Shown here: piece by piece, positions 39,012 to 50,388 of the stretch
How the letters are laid out: each line of letters starts with the position of its first letter
How positions within the stretch are numbered: position 1 is the stretch's first letter
Virus record (IMG/VR): IMGVR_UViG_3300003877_000001
Coordinates: 124,001 to 188,000 of that record
Length of the DNA: 64,000 nucleotides
Reading direction: 5' to 3' (one strand)
The notes under the pieces: model-generated
The model's input: only the letters and a program-made list of their open reading frames with translations
What the model was told of the DNA's origin: nothing
Database searches by the model: none
Translations under genes and position numbers: made by a program

Positions 39012-39873
39012 AAAAACAAAAAAAGTTGAATCAATGAAACCAGAAAAGAAAATTACTAGAGGTAAAGGTCTTAGATATAATACCGGTAAATTAAGATATG
39101 ACCTTGTTCAACCAGAAGCACATAAAGACATGGTTTCTGTTTTAACTATGGGTGCTGAAAAATATGCCGATAGAAATTGGGAAGAAGGTATGAACTGGAC
39201 AACAGTAATTGCATCTATGAAAAGACATATTGCAGCAATTGAAGCTGGTGAAGATTTTGATCCTGAAAGTGGAATGTTACATGCAGCACACGTTCAATGT
39301 AATGCCCATTTCCTTAACGCCTATTACCATATATACCCACAAGGGGATGATAGACCCAAGAAGTGGAAGAACATGCCTAAGATCGGCTTAGATATTGATG
39401 AAGTACTTGCAGATTGGGTTAGTGCATGGAGAAAAGAATTTAAAATTGAAGATGTTCCTACTTCATGGTTCTTTGATCGAAAAATAAAAAAACGTTTTGA
39501 GGATTTAAAAGCAAAGGGTAAGTTAGATGATATGTATCTTAATTTAAAACCACTTATTAATTCAGAAGATATCCCTTTTGAACCACATTGTTATATAACA
39601 TCAAGACCTGTAAGCACAAAAGTAACAGAAAAATGGTTAGATAAAAATGAATTCCCAACTAAACCAGTATATACGGTTGGTGTTGGTGAGTCAAAACTTG
39701 AAGTTGCAAAGAAAGCAGGTGTTGAAATTTTCATTGATGATTCATATGATAATTTTGTGGCATTAAATGACGGTGGTGTGTTTTGTTATCTATATGATGC
39801 ACCACATAATCGTAGATATGATGTCGGTCATATGAGAATAAAATCTTTTAAAGAAATTCCACTTTTAACATAA
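38986..39873 (+). CDS. dATP/dGTP diphosphohydrolase-like (DUF5664) domain fused to HAD nucleotidase
   Basis: GKLRYDLV..VLT.GA.KY..NW..RH..DPESG..H.AH; IGLDIDEVLAD, ITSR, FIDD. Confidence 0.8.
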   Translation: MSNTKELIEKTKKVESMKPEKKITRGKGLRYNTGKLRYDLVQPEAHKDMVSVLTMGAEKYADRNWEEGMNWTTVIASMKRHIAAIEAGEDFDPESGMLHAAHVQCNAHFLNAYYHIYPQGDDRPKKWKNMPKIGLDIDEVLADWVSAWRKEFKIEDVPTSWFFDRKIKKRFEDLKAKGKLDDMYLNLKPLINSEDIPFEPHCYITSRPVSTKVTEKWLDKNEFPTKPVYTVGVGESKLEVAKKAGVEIFIDDSYDNFVALNDGGVFCYLYDAPHNRRYDVGHMRIKSFKEIPLLT

Positions 39874-40620
39874 AACATTATGAACAATTTAGAAAATTTA
39901 ATAGAAGAAATACATGAACAATTAAATACTATTAATTATAATGCTGATTTAGGTGATGTTGGTAATGAAATTGGTATTGTAATTGCTAAATATTTTGATG
40001 AAGATGATATGGGTTTTGATAAAGAATCTTTTTTATCGGGTTTAAATCATGGAATATCATTAACTGATGGAACTCATGGATAATAGTATTTATATAAAAC
40101 AAACATAAACAATGGCAAGAAACGAAGACACACCAGAAAACAATGATGATTTAATGGAAAAACTTTTAGATAAAGTAAATAAAATGGAATTAGAAATTGC
40201 TGAATTAAAAAAACAATTAGCTGATGCTCAACCATTTTATAATCCACCACCATTACCTTTTAATGATTTTGATAGATGTATTGATGATAATGGTCATGAA
40301 TATCCAAATCCTTGGCATTCAATATTACCACCTCATTGTAAAAAATGTGGTAAACAAGCACCAGATTATGGTATAACATTTACAACTAATACTAGTGATG
40401 TACCTTGGGATTTTAATAAACATGGTGGTAATGTAATGAATAATCAAAATCCTATTATAACACATAATAGTACCACATCAAATTCAAAATATATTTCAGA
40501 TACATCTGGTATATTTTAATTATCTATACTAACTTTGTAACAAATTTAGAGAATATTACGTATGAATATTACAGAAGAAGGAGAAGACATGGGTAAAATG
40601 TTAGACCATAAAATAAAAAA

Positions 40621-40866
40621 TGATGAACAAACCAGAGGAAATGTCGCTCTGAAAGGAGAGGAACTTCGAGACACCACTGCCAACGGCAGGAGATTAGATT
40701 TTTGGGATCAACCCATTAAATCTAATCGTTAGTACTGCCAAGGGTGCAAGGTAAACAGACTTAGTGGGCAAGCAGCACTATGATAGTTGGGTTACTGCCA
40801 ATAGACAAATGACATTAATGTTTTAAAAACATAACAGAATTTCGGGTACGCTCAGTTTGTTCATTT
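40621..40866 (+). ncRNA. rnpB: compact RNase P RNA
   Basis: P1 ATGAACAAAC/GTTTGTTCAT; P2 AATGTC/GACATT; GAGGAACTTCGAGA and AACAGAATTTCGGGTAC (P4); GCAAG; AGACAAATGA. Confidence 0.75.
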
Positions 40867-42166
40867 TAAATATTATAATTATGAAAGAAATTATAGAAAG
40901 AGAAGTAGTTGAAGCCACATGTGATATTTGTGGTGAAGATTGTATGAAGGATTTGTTTACACCAAATGAAACTTTAAGTGAAGATGTAAAGGAATTTGAA
41001 GGTATGGAATTAAAAGCAGTTTGGGGGTATGCATCTAATAAAGATGGTGAAGTTTGGGATGCTGTTATTTGTGAAAAATGTGTTGATAAACATTTAGCAC
41101 CGTTAATTAAATTCCTAAAAAGTCCATATTTATAAGTTTTTTGAAAATTATTCCGTATTTAAAACTGTAAATAGAATAAATATGGAATTAACAGACTTAT
41201 ATAATTTAATGAAAGAAGAAGTATGTGACAGTATCGTTGGATATATATCATACGAAGGAATTGCAATAAAGTGGGAATATGATAGTTTTAATAATGAATT
41301 TGATGATAATGAAAGTGAATTAGAACATTTACATAGAATATTTGAAGAGGATTTAGAAACAATAGAAGAATTGGTTAATATTGAAAATTGTCATATTAGT
41401 GACCCAACAATAGAAGACACATATATATCATTTTATATTGAACAATAGTGCTTAAAACAGAAGATTTATATACTTATTTAGATAATAAAAAAATACTTAG
41501 TGTTTATCATCGTGATAAAATAATTGATGATATATTAAAACTCCAAGAATTATTACATCCTATGGGTATTATAAAAGATGATGTTGATGTACATGTATTA
41601 AAAGATAGATCACTAGTAATGGTATTAATATGGCAACATGAACTATTCGCAATAAAACATTTTCAAGAAAACAGTAAACAACCACCAACATTTTTAATAG
41701 ATATTTTGTAACATTTAATGGTAATTTAACGTATATTTAAATATGAAAAATGATTATACATACACAGGATTTATTTGTAGTGATAATAAAGGAAAATTTG
41801 TTCTTACTACCAGAAACGATAAACAATTTAATTTTAGTGGTATTGATGGTAATGATTCATTGAAAGATGTTGAATTGGGTGAAAGTGAAGCTATGTTGGT
41901 TTGTGTTAAGTTTTTCGATGGTACTGAATCTATGACAATGGAATATGCACATGAAACAAATTATGAAGAAATAGTTTTTGCTATTGAAAATCATGGGATT
42001 ATTGTAAATGATTACGAAGAATCAATATATGATATGGTTTATAAAAACTACGAAAACTTAGATTTCTTTTGGGGTTTAGTTGAAGAATTTTATGAATCAG
42101 AAGAAGGTATTATATCATTTAATGAGTTTAAAATAAAAAAACATTGGAAAAATAAATAATAAAATT

Positions 42167-43240
42167 ATGGGTGGAAACGCACTAAAAGTACATACAAGAC
42201 GATATGAGAAAGATGAATATCTAAAAATTATGAGTGACGTTCTACGTATGCTTGCTAATTACGATATTGAAGCTGTGATACCAGATAGTTATTCTAATAA
42301 AGAAACTTTTGGTGATCTTGATGTTCTTATAAAATCAAGTACTGTAAAAACAGATATAATGGAAATTATTAATTATCTATTCAATCCGAATGAGATATAT
42401 AATAATAATAACGTCAAATCATTTGACTTTAGAGAATTCCAAATAGATTTTATTCTAGTTGGTGATGAAAATTGGGTGACATCAATTAACTACTTCTCTT
42501 TCAATGATTTAGGTAATTTTATTGGTAGAATTTCTTACCAAATGGGATTTAGATTCGGTGATTATGGACTTAAATTGGTTTATAGACATGAAGATGGTGG
42601 TAGAAAATTTTCAAAGATAATTTCAAAGAAGCCACATAAAATATATGAATTCTTGGGATTTGATTATGGAAAATATCTTGAAGGGTTTGATGAAGTAGAA
42701 GATATTTTTGCATATGTTGTTTCATCTAAATATTTTAATCCTAAAATATTTGAATATGAGCAACTAAATCATCAAAACAAAACAAGAAATAAGAAACGTA
42801 AGAATTATGAACTATTTCTTCAGTATGTTAAAGACAATCCTAAAGGTTCTAATATGACTATTAGTGCTGCTGATGGAAGTGAAAAATCTATTCATTCGTT
42901 TCTACATGAGACTTATGTTTTTGGTAGTAAAGAAGATTTTGTTGATAAAGCAGAAAAATTTTTTAATACTGAAATAAGAAGTGAAATTAATTGTTGGAAA
43001 GAACGTGTTGATCAAGAAAAAAGAGCATCTGCAATTTTTAATGGTAATGTTGTTATGGAACGTTATCCTTTGAGAGGTAAAGAATTGGGTGCTGCAATGA
43101 AGAATTTTAATGATTATTTTAATTCATTTATTCCAGATGCAACCCAAGAAAAAAAGAAACTTTATCGTAGTAGATGGATTCTTGATAATAATATTGAAAA
43201 AATTTTTGACATATTTAGTAAAGTAAATAACTTAAATTAA
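42167..43240 (+). CDS. nucleotidyltransferase (Pol beta-like) domain protein
   Basis: MGGNAL, KETFGDLDVL, FQIDFI, NDLGN. Confidence 0.65.
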   Translation: MGGNALKVHTRRYEKDEYLKIMSDVLRMLANYDIEAVIPDSYSNKETFGDLDVLIKSSTVKTDIMEIINYLFNPNEIYNNNNVKSFDFREFQIDFILVGDENWVTSINYFSFNDLGNFIGRISYQMGFRFGDYGLKLVYRHEDGGRKFSKIISKKPHKIYEFLGFDYGKYLEGFDEVEDIFAYVVSSKYFNPKIFEYEQLNHQNKTRNKKRKNYELFLQYVKDNPKGSNMTISAADGSEKSIHSFLHETYVFGSKEDFVDKAEKFFNTEIRSEINCWKERVDQEKRASAIFNGNVVMERYPLRGKELGAAMKNFNDYFNSFIPDATQEKKKLYRSRWILDNNIEKIFDIFSKVNNLN

Positions 43241-43299
43241 AATGTTGGTGTTGTCCTTGCAAAATTAAATTTAAAGATGATAATTCTGATATAGATAAA

Positions 43300-43470
43300 A
43301 TAATTAATCCGAATGGAATGAAAAAATCAGTTGTATTGTTAAACAAATATAATCTGATAATCAAAGAATATGAATCAATTGCAATTGCAATTGCAGGAAA
43401 AATAAATAATTTATCATCGTCACAAATAAGTAGAATTTGTAATGGTAAAAATAAAAAACAATTTAAATTT
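43300..43470 (+). pseudogene. NUMOD1-type homing endonuclease remnant
   Basis: KKSVV...IKEYESIAIA...SSQISRICNGK. Confidence 0.45.
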
Positions 43471-43477
43471 AAAAATT

Positions 43478-43786
43478 ATGATAACATTAACAAATAAAAA
43501 TTTCGATCAAGAAACAGCAGAAGGTATTGTTTTAATTGATATAAAAGCCGATTGGTGCGGTCCTTGCAAGATGATAGCACCTCTTATTGAAGAATTAGCA
43601 AAAGAGGTAACTGATGCAAAGGTAGTAAAGGTAGATGTAGATGCATCACCAGAAATAGGAGCAAGGTTTCAAGTTAGATCAATTCCAACATTCATAGTAT
43701 TAAAAGATGGTGTTATGGTTGATAAAGTTGTTGGTGCTAAGAACAATAAAGAATTCTATTTGGAACTCATTGAAAAAGCCAAGTAG
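43478..43786 (+). CDS. trxA: thioredoxin
   Basis: WCGPC, VRSIPT. Confidence 0.93.
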   Translation: MITLTNKNFDQETAEGIVLIDIKADWCGPCKMIAPLIEELAKEVTDAKVVKVDVDASPEIGARFQVRSIPTFIVLKDGVMVDKVVGAKNNKEFYLELIEKAK

Positions 43787-44373
43787 TGAAAGTCATATTT
43801 CTTGACATTGATGGTGTTCTAAATTGTGAAAACGGTTATGTAAATGGTTTTTGTAAATATATGGGTTATATTGTTGGTGGTGGAAAACAATTTCACTACC
43901 AACAATTTTACCCACCATCAAAAAAACTCTTAAATAAACTTATCGATGATACAGATGCTAAGATAGTTATATCTTCTAGTTGGAGAAAGTCTGGTTTGGA
44001 ATTTATGAAAGAAGTTTGGAAGAATGAGAATATGAGTGGTGAAATTATAGGAGTAACTGAATCGTTTAAAGCATATACACCAAGTAAAGGTGATACTTTT
44101 TCATTACCAAGAGGTTTGGAAATTAAACAATGGTTGATAGATTCTAAATTTAGAAGAATTAATTGGTCTAAAGAAGAACAAGAAAAATATCAAAAAGAAT
44201 CCAATATTGAAAATTATATTATTATTGATGACGATTCTGATATGCTTTACTGTCAAAAAGAACATTTTGTTCACGTAAAACCATCACCAAGAAACAAAGA
44301 AGGTTTTAATAAAGAATATTATGACGTTGCCTATGGCATCTTAACAAAAAATTTAATAGATTTGTATTATTAA
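43786..44373 (+). CDS. HAD domain protein (RNA-repair-associated family)
   Basis: IFLDIDGVLN, IVISSSWR, RG.EI..WL, YIIIDDD. Confidence 0.8.
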   Translation: MKVIFLDIDGVLNCENGYVNGFCKYMGYIVGGGKQFHYQQFYPPSKKLLNKLIDDTDAKIVISSSWRKSGLEFMKEVWKNENMSGEIIGVTESFKAYTPSKGDTFSLPRGLEIKQWLIDSKFRRINWSKEEQEKYQKESNIENYIIIDDDSDMLYCQKEHFVHVKPSPRNKEGFNKEYYDVAYGILTKNLIDLYY

Positions 44374-44385
44374 AAACAACAAGTT

Positions 44386-45171
44386 ATGGTAAAAATAGAA
44401 AAAGATAAAATAATTGTAAGAGATTATTCTTATGAAGAAAGAGAAATTCCTAATGATGAATTAGCATTTTTCCTTAATAGACCTATCGAATTTGGTGATG
44501 ATGTTACTTTAGAACGATTACTTAATATTGTTATTGAAAATAAAGAATTATTTAATATCATATTTTCAGGACATATGGGTGGATATAAAATCGATTCATA
44601 TATCGAAGAATTTAATAAAGATGCTGATGATGATAATGATTGGATTGATAATATTTCACATTGTGAAGTATATGGTGTATTTGATCATATGATTTATGAT
44701 GATGAAGAGGAAAACTCAATATATTATGGGTTTCATGGTAGAGGTAATGACAAAGACGAAACCAATTATGGATTAATGGGGTCTTCAATTTATAATTATA
44801 AACATCTCCCAATTAAAGTTGATAAGAAAATCAAATTTACTGTTGATACTGGTGGGAAATTACATGGTAAAAACGCAATTAAATTTGAAGATAAGTATAA
44901 AACCATCCACGAAGGTAATTTTGAAATTACTGTTTTTGAATTTATAGGTGCAATCCTACACGAAATAAGTTTCATGGGATTACCTGAAGATAGAGATAAT
45001 GAATTTGATAAACTAGATGAAATTTCTAAAAGAATTGACAATGGTGAAGAAGAACTATATGAAATGTGTTGGGATGATGATGGAGAAGTTTATTTCTTAG
45101 ATAAAGATGGTAATAAAGACTATATGTTTAAAAGACTAAGAGATGAATTCGAAAAAGATTCTGATGAATAA
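44386..45171 (+). CDS. hypothetical acidic protein
   Basis: 261-aa ORF. Confidence 0.65.
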   Translation: MVKIEKDKIIVRDYSYEEREIPNDELAFFLNRPIEFGDDVTLERLLNIVIENKELFNIIFSGHMGGYKIDSYIEEFNKDADDDNDWIDNISHCEVYGVFDHMIYDDEEENSIYYGFHGRGNDKDETNYGLMGSSIYNYKHLPIKVDKKIKFTVDTGGKLHGKNAIKFEDKYKTIHEGNFEITVFEFIGAILHEISFMGLPEDRDNEFDKLDEISKRIDNGEEELYEMCWDDDGEVYFLDKDGNKDYMFKRLRDEFEKDSDE

Positions 45172-45439
45172 GAAGGATTATAAAATATAATATACTAAAG
45201 GTACTTGTATAGGTGGTCAACATAAAAATAAGGTTGAGACATGTGTAACCATTATCCATCTTCCTACTGGCTTTAAAGAAAGATGTAAAGATACTCGTTA
45301 TAAAAGAAAAAGAAATGGGTCAATGGAATATGGTGTTATAAGAACCTACAACTATGCTAGAAATGAAGTTAAACATCATAGGACAGGTAAAAAATATAAT
45401 ATTAAAAAATTTCTTGATGAAAATTTAGATTTATTGTAA
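45164..45439 (+). pseudogene. class I release-factor-like gene, interrupted
   Basis: MNKKDYKI*YTKGTCIGGQHKNKVETCVTIIHLPTG...IRTYNY..N.V..HRTG..FLDENLDLL; in-frame TAA and apparent internal deletion. Confidence 0.8.
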
Positions 45440-45469
45440 CATTAACCACACCATTACGTATAAGAATTT

Positions 45470-46348
45470 ATGCCACAAGTATTAAAAGAAGGAAGTAAAA
45501 ATCACAATTCAGAGAATTGGAAAGTATACCATCCAAAAGGTAAACATATGTTTACTTGCGGTGAAAAAAAAGCTTTGTGGTATCTTGAAAAAAAAGATGA
45601 AAATGGAGAACCATTAGCAGCAAAAATTGGTGATTATGAAATTCAATTTAAGTTTGAACCTAAAGGTGATGGATATCGTGAAGGTGAAATTTTTGGTATT
45701 GCTGGTAGGGAAATGAAATGTGTAGTAAGTGGTGAAAAAGAAGGTCTACAAAGACACCATATTGTACCATATTGCTATCGAACACATTTTCCAAATAAAT
45801 ATAAAAGTAAAAATCATCATGATGTTGTGCTAATCACATATCAAAATCATGAAGTATATGAAGTAGAAGCAACAAAATTTAAAAATAAAGTTTCTGAACT
45901 TTATGATATTAGAACTTTGAATGAACTTAACTTAGAATATACTAAAGTATTATGTGAATTTTCAGATACTAAAGTTAAAACTGTTTCTAAATTATATGCT
46001 TTGTTTGGTAGTTATCATAAAATACCGCATAGTGTTGTATTGGAAAATCTAAGATTTGTTTCAAAAGAATTAGCAATTCCATATAAAAAATTAATAAATT
46101 ATTCATACATTCAACTATATAAGTTGTATTTATTATTGAAAGAAAGTTACGAAATTGACTTCCAAAGAATAAAGAAAGTTAATAGAAAAGAATATGATCA
46201 TGGTTATCATTTAATGAAAAAATTAGATACACATGAAAAAATTGAAGAATTTGTTAAAATGTGGAGAGCACATTTTGTACAAACAATGAAACCAAAATAT
46301 ATGCCCGAAGGTTGGTCAATTGATTTTAGGGTTAAAGTTGAATTATAA
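45470..46348 (+). CDS. HNH-like protein resembling the EXD2 C-terminal region
   Basis: KKALWYL..FEPKG..CVVSG..RHHIVPYCYR.HFP..KS..HHDVV..WR.HFV..M.PKYMP.GWS. Confidence 0.65.
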   Translation: MPQVLKEGSKNHNSENWKVYHPKGKHMFTCGEKKALWYLEKKDENGEPLAAKIGDYEIQFKFEPKGDGYREGEIFGIAGREMKCVVSGEKEGLQRHHIVPYCYRTHFPNKYKSKNHHDVVLITYQNHEVYEVEATKFKNKVSELYDIRTLNELNLEYTKVLCEFSDTKVKTVSKLYALFGSYHKIPHSVVLENLRFVSKELAIPYKKLINYSYIQLYKLYLLLKESYEIDFQRIKKVNRKEYDHGYHLMKKLDTHEKIEEFVKMWRAHFVQTMKPKYMPEGWSIDFRVKVEL

Positions 46349-46625
46349 AATGATGAAAGAAAAATTACAAATGTTTTTATTGACCATAATTTTTATTGGA
46401 ATTGGTTATTTGTGGTATTATACATATACTTACATTAAAACAATTGAAATGGTATATAATGATGGTGTAACAGAAATCACTTACACTATTGCACCTAAAT
46501 TCACTAAATTAATTGTTAGAGATAATGGTGACTCGTCATATGTTTTTTATAATGATAATAGAAAATCACTTATTATTATTAAAATGGAGAAATTAAAATA
46601 TGTTAAATTTATTGAAGAATAAAAT

Positions 46626-47072
46626 ATGAAAAACCAAAATACATCTATGATAATAATTGGTGTTAGTTTATCTAATTTATTTATTAAACTAGATGAAAAT
46701 CTTGATGAAAAAAAACTAATAGCTACCCTTCCAAATAATAAAGAAATTTGCATTTCTAAAACAGTGGATGATAATTCAAGATGGGAATATGATTTTTATA
46801 ATGAATTCAATTTTGATGGTAAATTTTATATTGGTGTTACTGATATCGAAATAGAATTAGAATTATACAAACCAAAAAAGGGGAATGTCAACCTAAATGA
46901 TATAATTATTGGAATTAAAATAGGTTCAATTGCTGAAGATGATGATGATTTGGTAATTAAAATTGACGATGATGAAATTATTAAAATTACAGATGTTGTT
47001 AGAAAACAATTAACACATCAATATAGTTATTTTGATAAAATTAATATATATTTAATGAATTCTTTATTATAA
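46626..47072 (+). CDS. hypothetical protein, paralog of 47091-47594
   Basis: Shared GVS...LF.K..E, KLIATLPN.K..CIS, W.YDFY. Confidence 0.65.
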   Translation: MKNQNTSMIIIGVSLSNLFIKLDENLDEKKLIATLPNNKEICISKTVDDNSRWEYDFYNEFNFDGKFYIGVTDIEIELELYKPKKGNVNLNDIIIGIKIGSIAEDDDDLVIKIDDDEIIKITDVVRKQLTHQYSYFDKINIYLMNSLL

Positions 47073-47090
47073 ATAAAAATAATTAAAATT

Positions 47091-47594
47091 ATGGGATTAG
47101 ATACAAGAGCAACTTTAGTAGTTGGCGTTTCTATGGCTAAATTATTTTCAAAAATTGAAGAAAAATCAAGTTTATTTGATGAACACGATAAATTTGGAAA
47201 TAAAACGGGTAAGCAATTTAATGAAGAGAAATTAATAGCTACGCTTCCAAATGGTAAAGTGAGTTGTATATCCGAAAAAAAATCATCTAGAGGGTTTTGG
47301 GATTATGATTTTTATACTGATATGGGTTTTGATGGTGGAGAATATGTTGGTGATGATTTGAAAATTACCATGTCTATTAATTATGCAGATTATGAAACAA
47401 ATGATTTAAATCAAATGATAATGGGTCTTACTACATCTGAAACAGATTGGATGAATGGTGCTCATAAATTAGTTGTTAAAGTTGATGAAATTGTAACTAA
47501 TGAAGCAATTAATAGAGTTAGAAAAGAACTAGGTGAACTTTTTGGATATACAGGTGATGTTGAATTATATTTATTAAACGATCTTTCTTATTAA
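47091..47594 (+). CDS. hypothetical protein, paralog of 46626-47072
   Basis: Shares the GVS...LF.K..E, KLIATLPN.K..CIS and W.YDFY motifs with 46626-47072. Confidence 0.65.
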   Translation: MGLDTRATLVVGVSMAKLFSKIEEKSSLFDEHDKFGNKTGKQFNEEKLIATLPNGKVSCISEKKSSRGFWDYDFYTDMGFDGGEYVGDDLKITMSINYADYETNDLNQMIMGLTTSETDWMNGAHKLVVKVDEIVTNEAINRVRKELGELFGYTGDVELYLLNDLSY

Positions 47595-47597
47595 AAT

Positions 47598-48717
47598 ATG
47601 CAAGAAACCAATAAAAAGTTTGATTTCGATGATATTGTAATCATTCCAAAAGAATATACTGATATTGAAAGTAGATTTGGAGATATATCTCCATATGTTA
47701 ATGAAATTACTGAAGATAGATTACCTTTATTTACAGCACCTATGGATAGTGTGTTAGATAATAATAATTTTCATGAATTTCAAGAAAATAAAATAAGAGT
47801 AGTATTACCTAGAACAATAGATATACCAGTACTTGATTATGTTGATCCTATATTTCAATCATATAGTCTTGGAGAGTTTGATGATTATTATGTTAGAAAT
47901 TTAGATTTACAATATTCTAAATATGTTTTAATCGATATTGCTAATGGTCATATGTCTAAAATTACTGACTTAGCAACTAAAGCTAAAGAAAGAAGACCAG
48001 ACTTAGTTATTATGGCAGGTAATATAGCTAACCCTGAAACGTACAGATTGTATGCTAAATCAAACGTAATAGATTATGGCAGGTAATATAGCTAACCCTG
48101 AAACGTACAGATTGTATGCTAAATCAAACGTAATAGATTATGTGAGGGTTGGCATAGGAAATGGTAATGGATGCCTTACAACACAGCAAACAGGTGTAGG
48201 TTATCCTAAAGCATCGTTGATTAGAGAATGTTATTTAATTAAAAATCAATTAACAATAGAAGGACATACCAATCTAACTAAAATTGTTGCTGATGGTGGA
48301 ATGAAAGATTATTCAGACATAATTAAAGCGTTGGGTTTAGGTGCTGATTATGTGATGCTTGGATCAATTTTAAATAAAGCATTAGAAAGTTCTGGACAAA
48401 ATTACTTGTGGAATAAAAAAATTTCACCTATGTTTGCAGAACATTGTTTTGACTTAGGATTACCAGTTAAGAAACAATTCTATGGAATGAGTACAAAACT
48501 TGCTCAAAAGAAAATGGGTAAAACCAATTTTAGAACATCAGAAGGTGTTGTACGATATAGAAAAGTAGAATATAAACTCTATGATTGGATTGAAAACTTT
48601 GAGCATTACTTACGTTCTGCAATGAGTTATTCTAATGCAAGAACATTGGATGAATTTATAGGAAATATTGATTATGAGTTCATAACTGAAAGTGCATTTA
48701 ATAGATTTAACAAATAA
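47598..48717 (+). pseudogene. guaC: GMP reductase / IMPDH family gene split by a 64-bp tandem duplication
   Basis: FDFDDI, APMD, IDIANGH, MAGNIA, VGIG.G..C.T, ADGG, GADYVMLG, FYGMS, SEG, LRSAMSY. Confidence 0.8.
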
Positions 48718-49643
48718 AAAACTAAAATTATGACAACAGAAAATTTTGATTTAAAAAAAGACGATGTAATCGTTGGAGAAACAGGATTAGGTAGTAATAT
48801 TGGATATTATATTAAAACTACTACCGATAAAAAAAATATATGGGTTCATTATAGTACTTCTAAAGATATAAGTAGAGGTGTATATGTTGAAAAACTTGAA
48901 AATGTACGTGCTGTTACTAAAGAAGAAATTGCTAAATTTTTAAATTAATGAAATGGTAGGAAAAAAAAGTTAGAGGATGGATAGTTCCATTTTGGTTTAC
49001 TGATATACCATTATTTAGTAAAAGATTTGCATGTCTAACAAAAAAAAGAAAAATTAAATATTGTGAAACAAATACATAATGGATGATTTAGTTAATAAAT
49101 ATAAAAAAGAACTTGATAATGTGAATAAGTCCATGTGGGGACAATATGCTGAAGCATTGGATTTAACAATTAAACATATTAAGTTTAATGAATTTGAAGA
49201 TAAAATAAAAATTCCTTGTGTATATGTTGTTAAAAAAATTCTATTAGATAATGATATATTTGAAATGGTAAATATTACTACATTAATTAATGAATTTATT
49301 AAATATTATGAAGATGAATATGAAAAGTATATGAATGGTTTTGCTTTAATAACAGATCAACACTATGCGGATTTATGTTTCTATGATGAATTTATTAAAA
49401 AGCATCAACAATAACCTTTGCAGCAATAAAATTGTTTTTTCTTAATTCTAATTTATTATATTTACTATTCGATATACCATAAGCAATAAATTTGGTTAAT
49501 TTTTGAGTTAATATGTTTATTTTATGTTGAAGTATTTCTTGTTGTCTTGCTTTTGTAATTACCATAATTGAATGTGATTTTTATTTATTATAAATACTTG
49601 ATTAATTCAAGAAAATTAACTATTTTTGTAAAAAAAAATAAAA

Positions 49644-49934
49644 ATGGAAAAAGAGAATATTGAAATAATTTTTCAAAAAATAAGTGACGAAAGGGATTAT
49701 CAAAATCATCTTTGTATAATTAAAGAAATGCCATTAAGACCAACAGTAGAAGGTGAACTAGTTATGTTAAAAACATATATTGATAAAGCATTACAAGTCT
49801 GGACTAAAAATCCTAACGATATCCCTGCATTATCTGAAATAAGAAAAATTGCAGGTATTGCTATTAGATGTTTGGAAAATAATGGATGTCCTAAAAGAGA
49901 TATGATTAAGGGTTTTACTAAAGGAGAAATTTAA
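49644..49934 (+). CDS. small helical protein, possibly MazG-like
   Basis: I..ERDYQ...EIRKIAGIAIRCLE. Confidence 0.4.
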   Translation: MEKENIEIIFQKISDERDYQNHLCIIKEMPLRPTVEGELVMLKTYIDKALQVWTKNPNDIPALSEIRKIAGIAIRCLENNGCPKRDMIKGFTKGEI

Positions 49935-50388
49935 AATATGGAATATCAAAGTGAAAAATATTTTGTAATTGTTGACGATATTAAAGGTGGTTATTGGGAT
50001 AGAATTGCTAAAAGATTTAGGGGTATTTTATTTGCTACTAAATATGAAGGTAATTCTGTTGAAGAAATAGAAATGATAATTGCTAATGATCCTGATATTA
50101 AGAAGGGTTATTATTCGGTTAGAAGAATTATTCGAAAATCAAAAATAGACTAATATGAAACTATATCATGTACCTAGAAAATCATATATAAAAATCATAG
50201 ATAAAAAAATTAAATTACCTATTGATAATTATATAAAAAAAGAAAATCTACCAATATTATTTTTTGATCATATTGATGGTATATATTCTCTTTGTAAAGA
50301 TATTGAAGGTAATTATATTCATCTTGCTGCTTGGACAGATGTTGAATTAACAACAGAAAAAGAATTTAATTTACAAATTAATTAAATA

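Noticed and set aside
38986-39873. Z-genome (2-aminoadenine) pathway
   Set aside because: No purZ-like gene seen; this domain is widespread in ordinary phages
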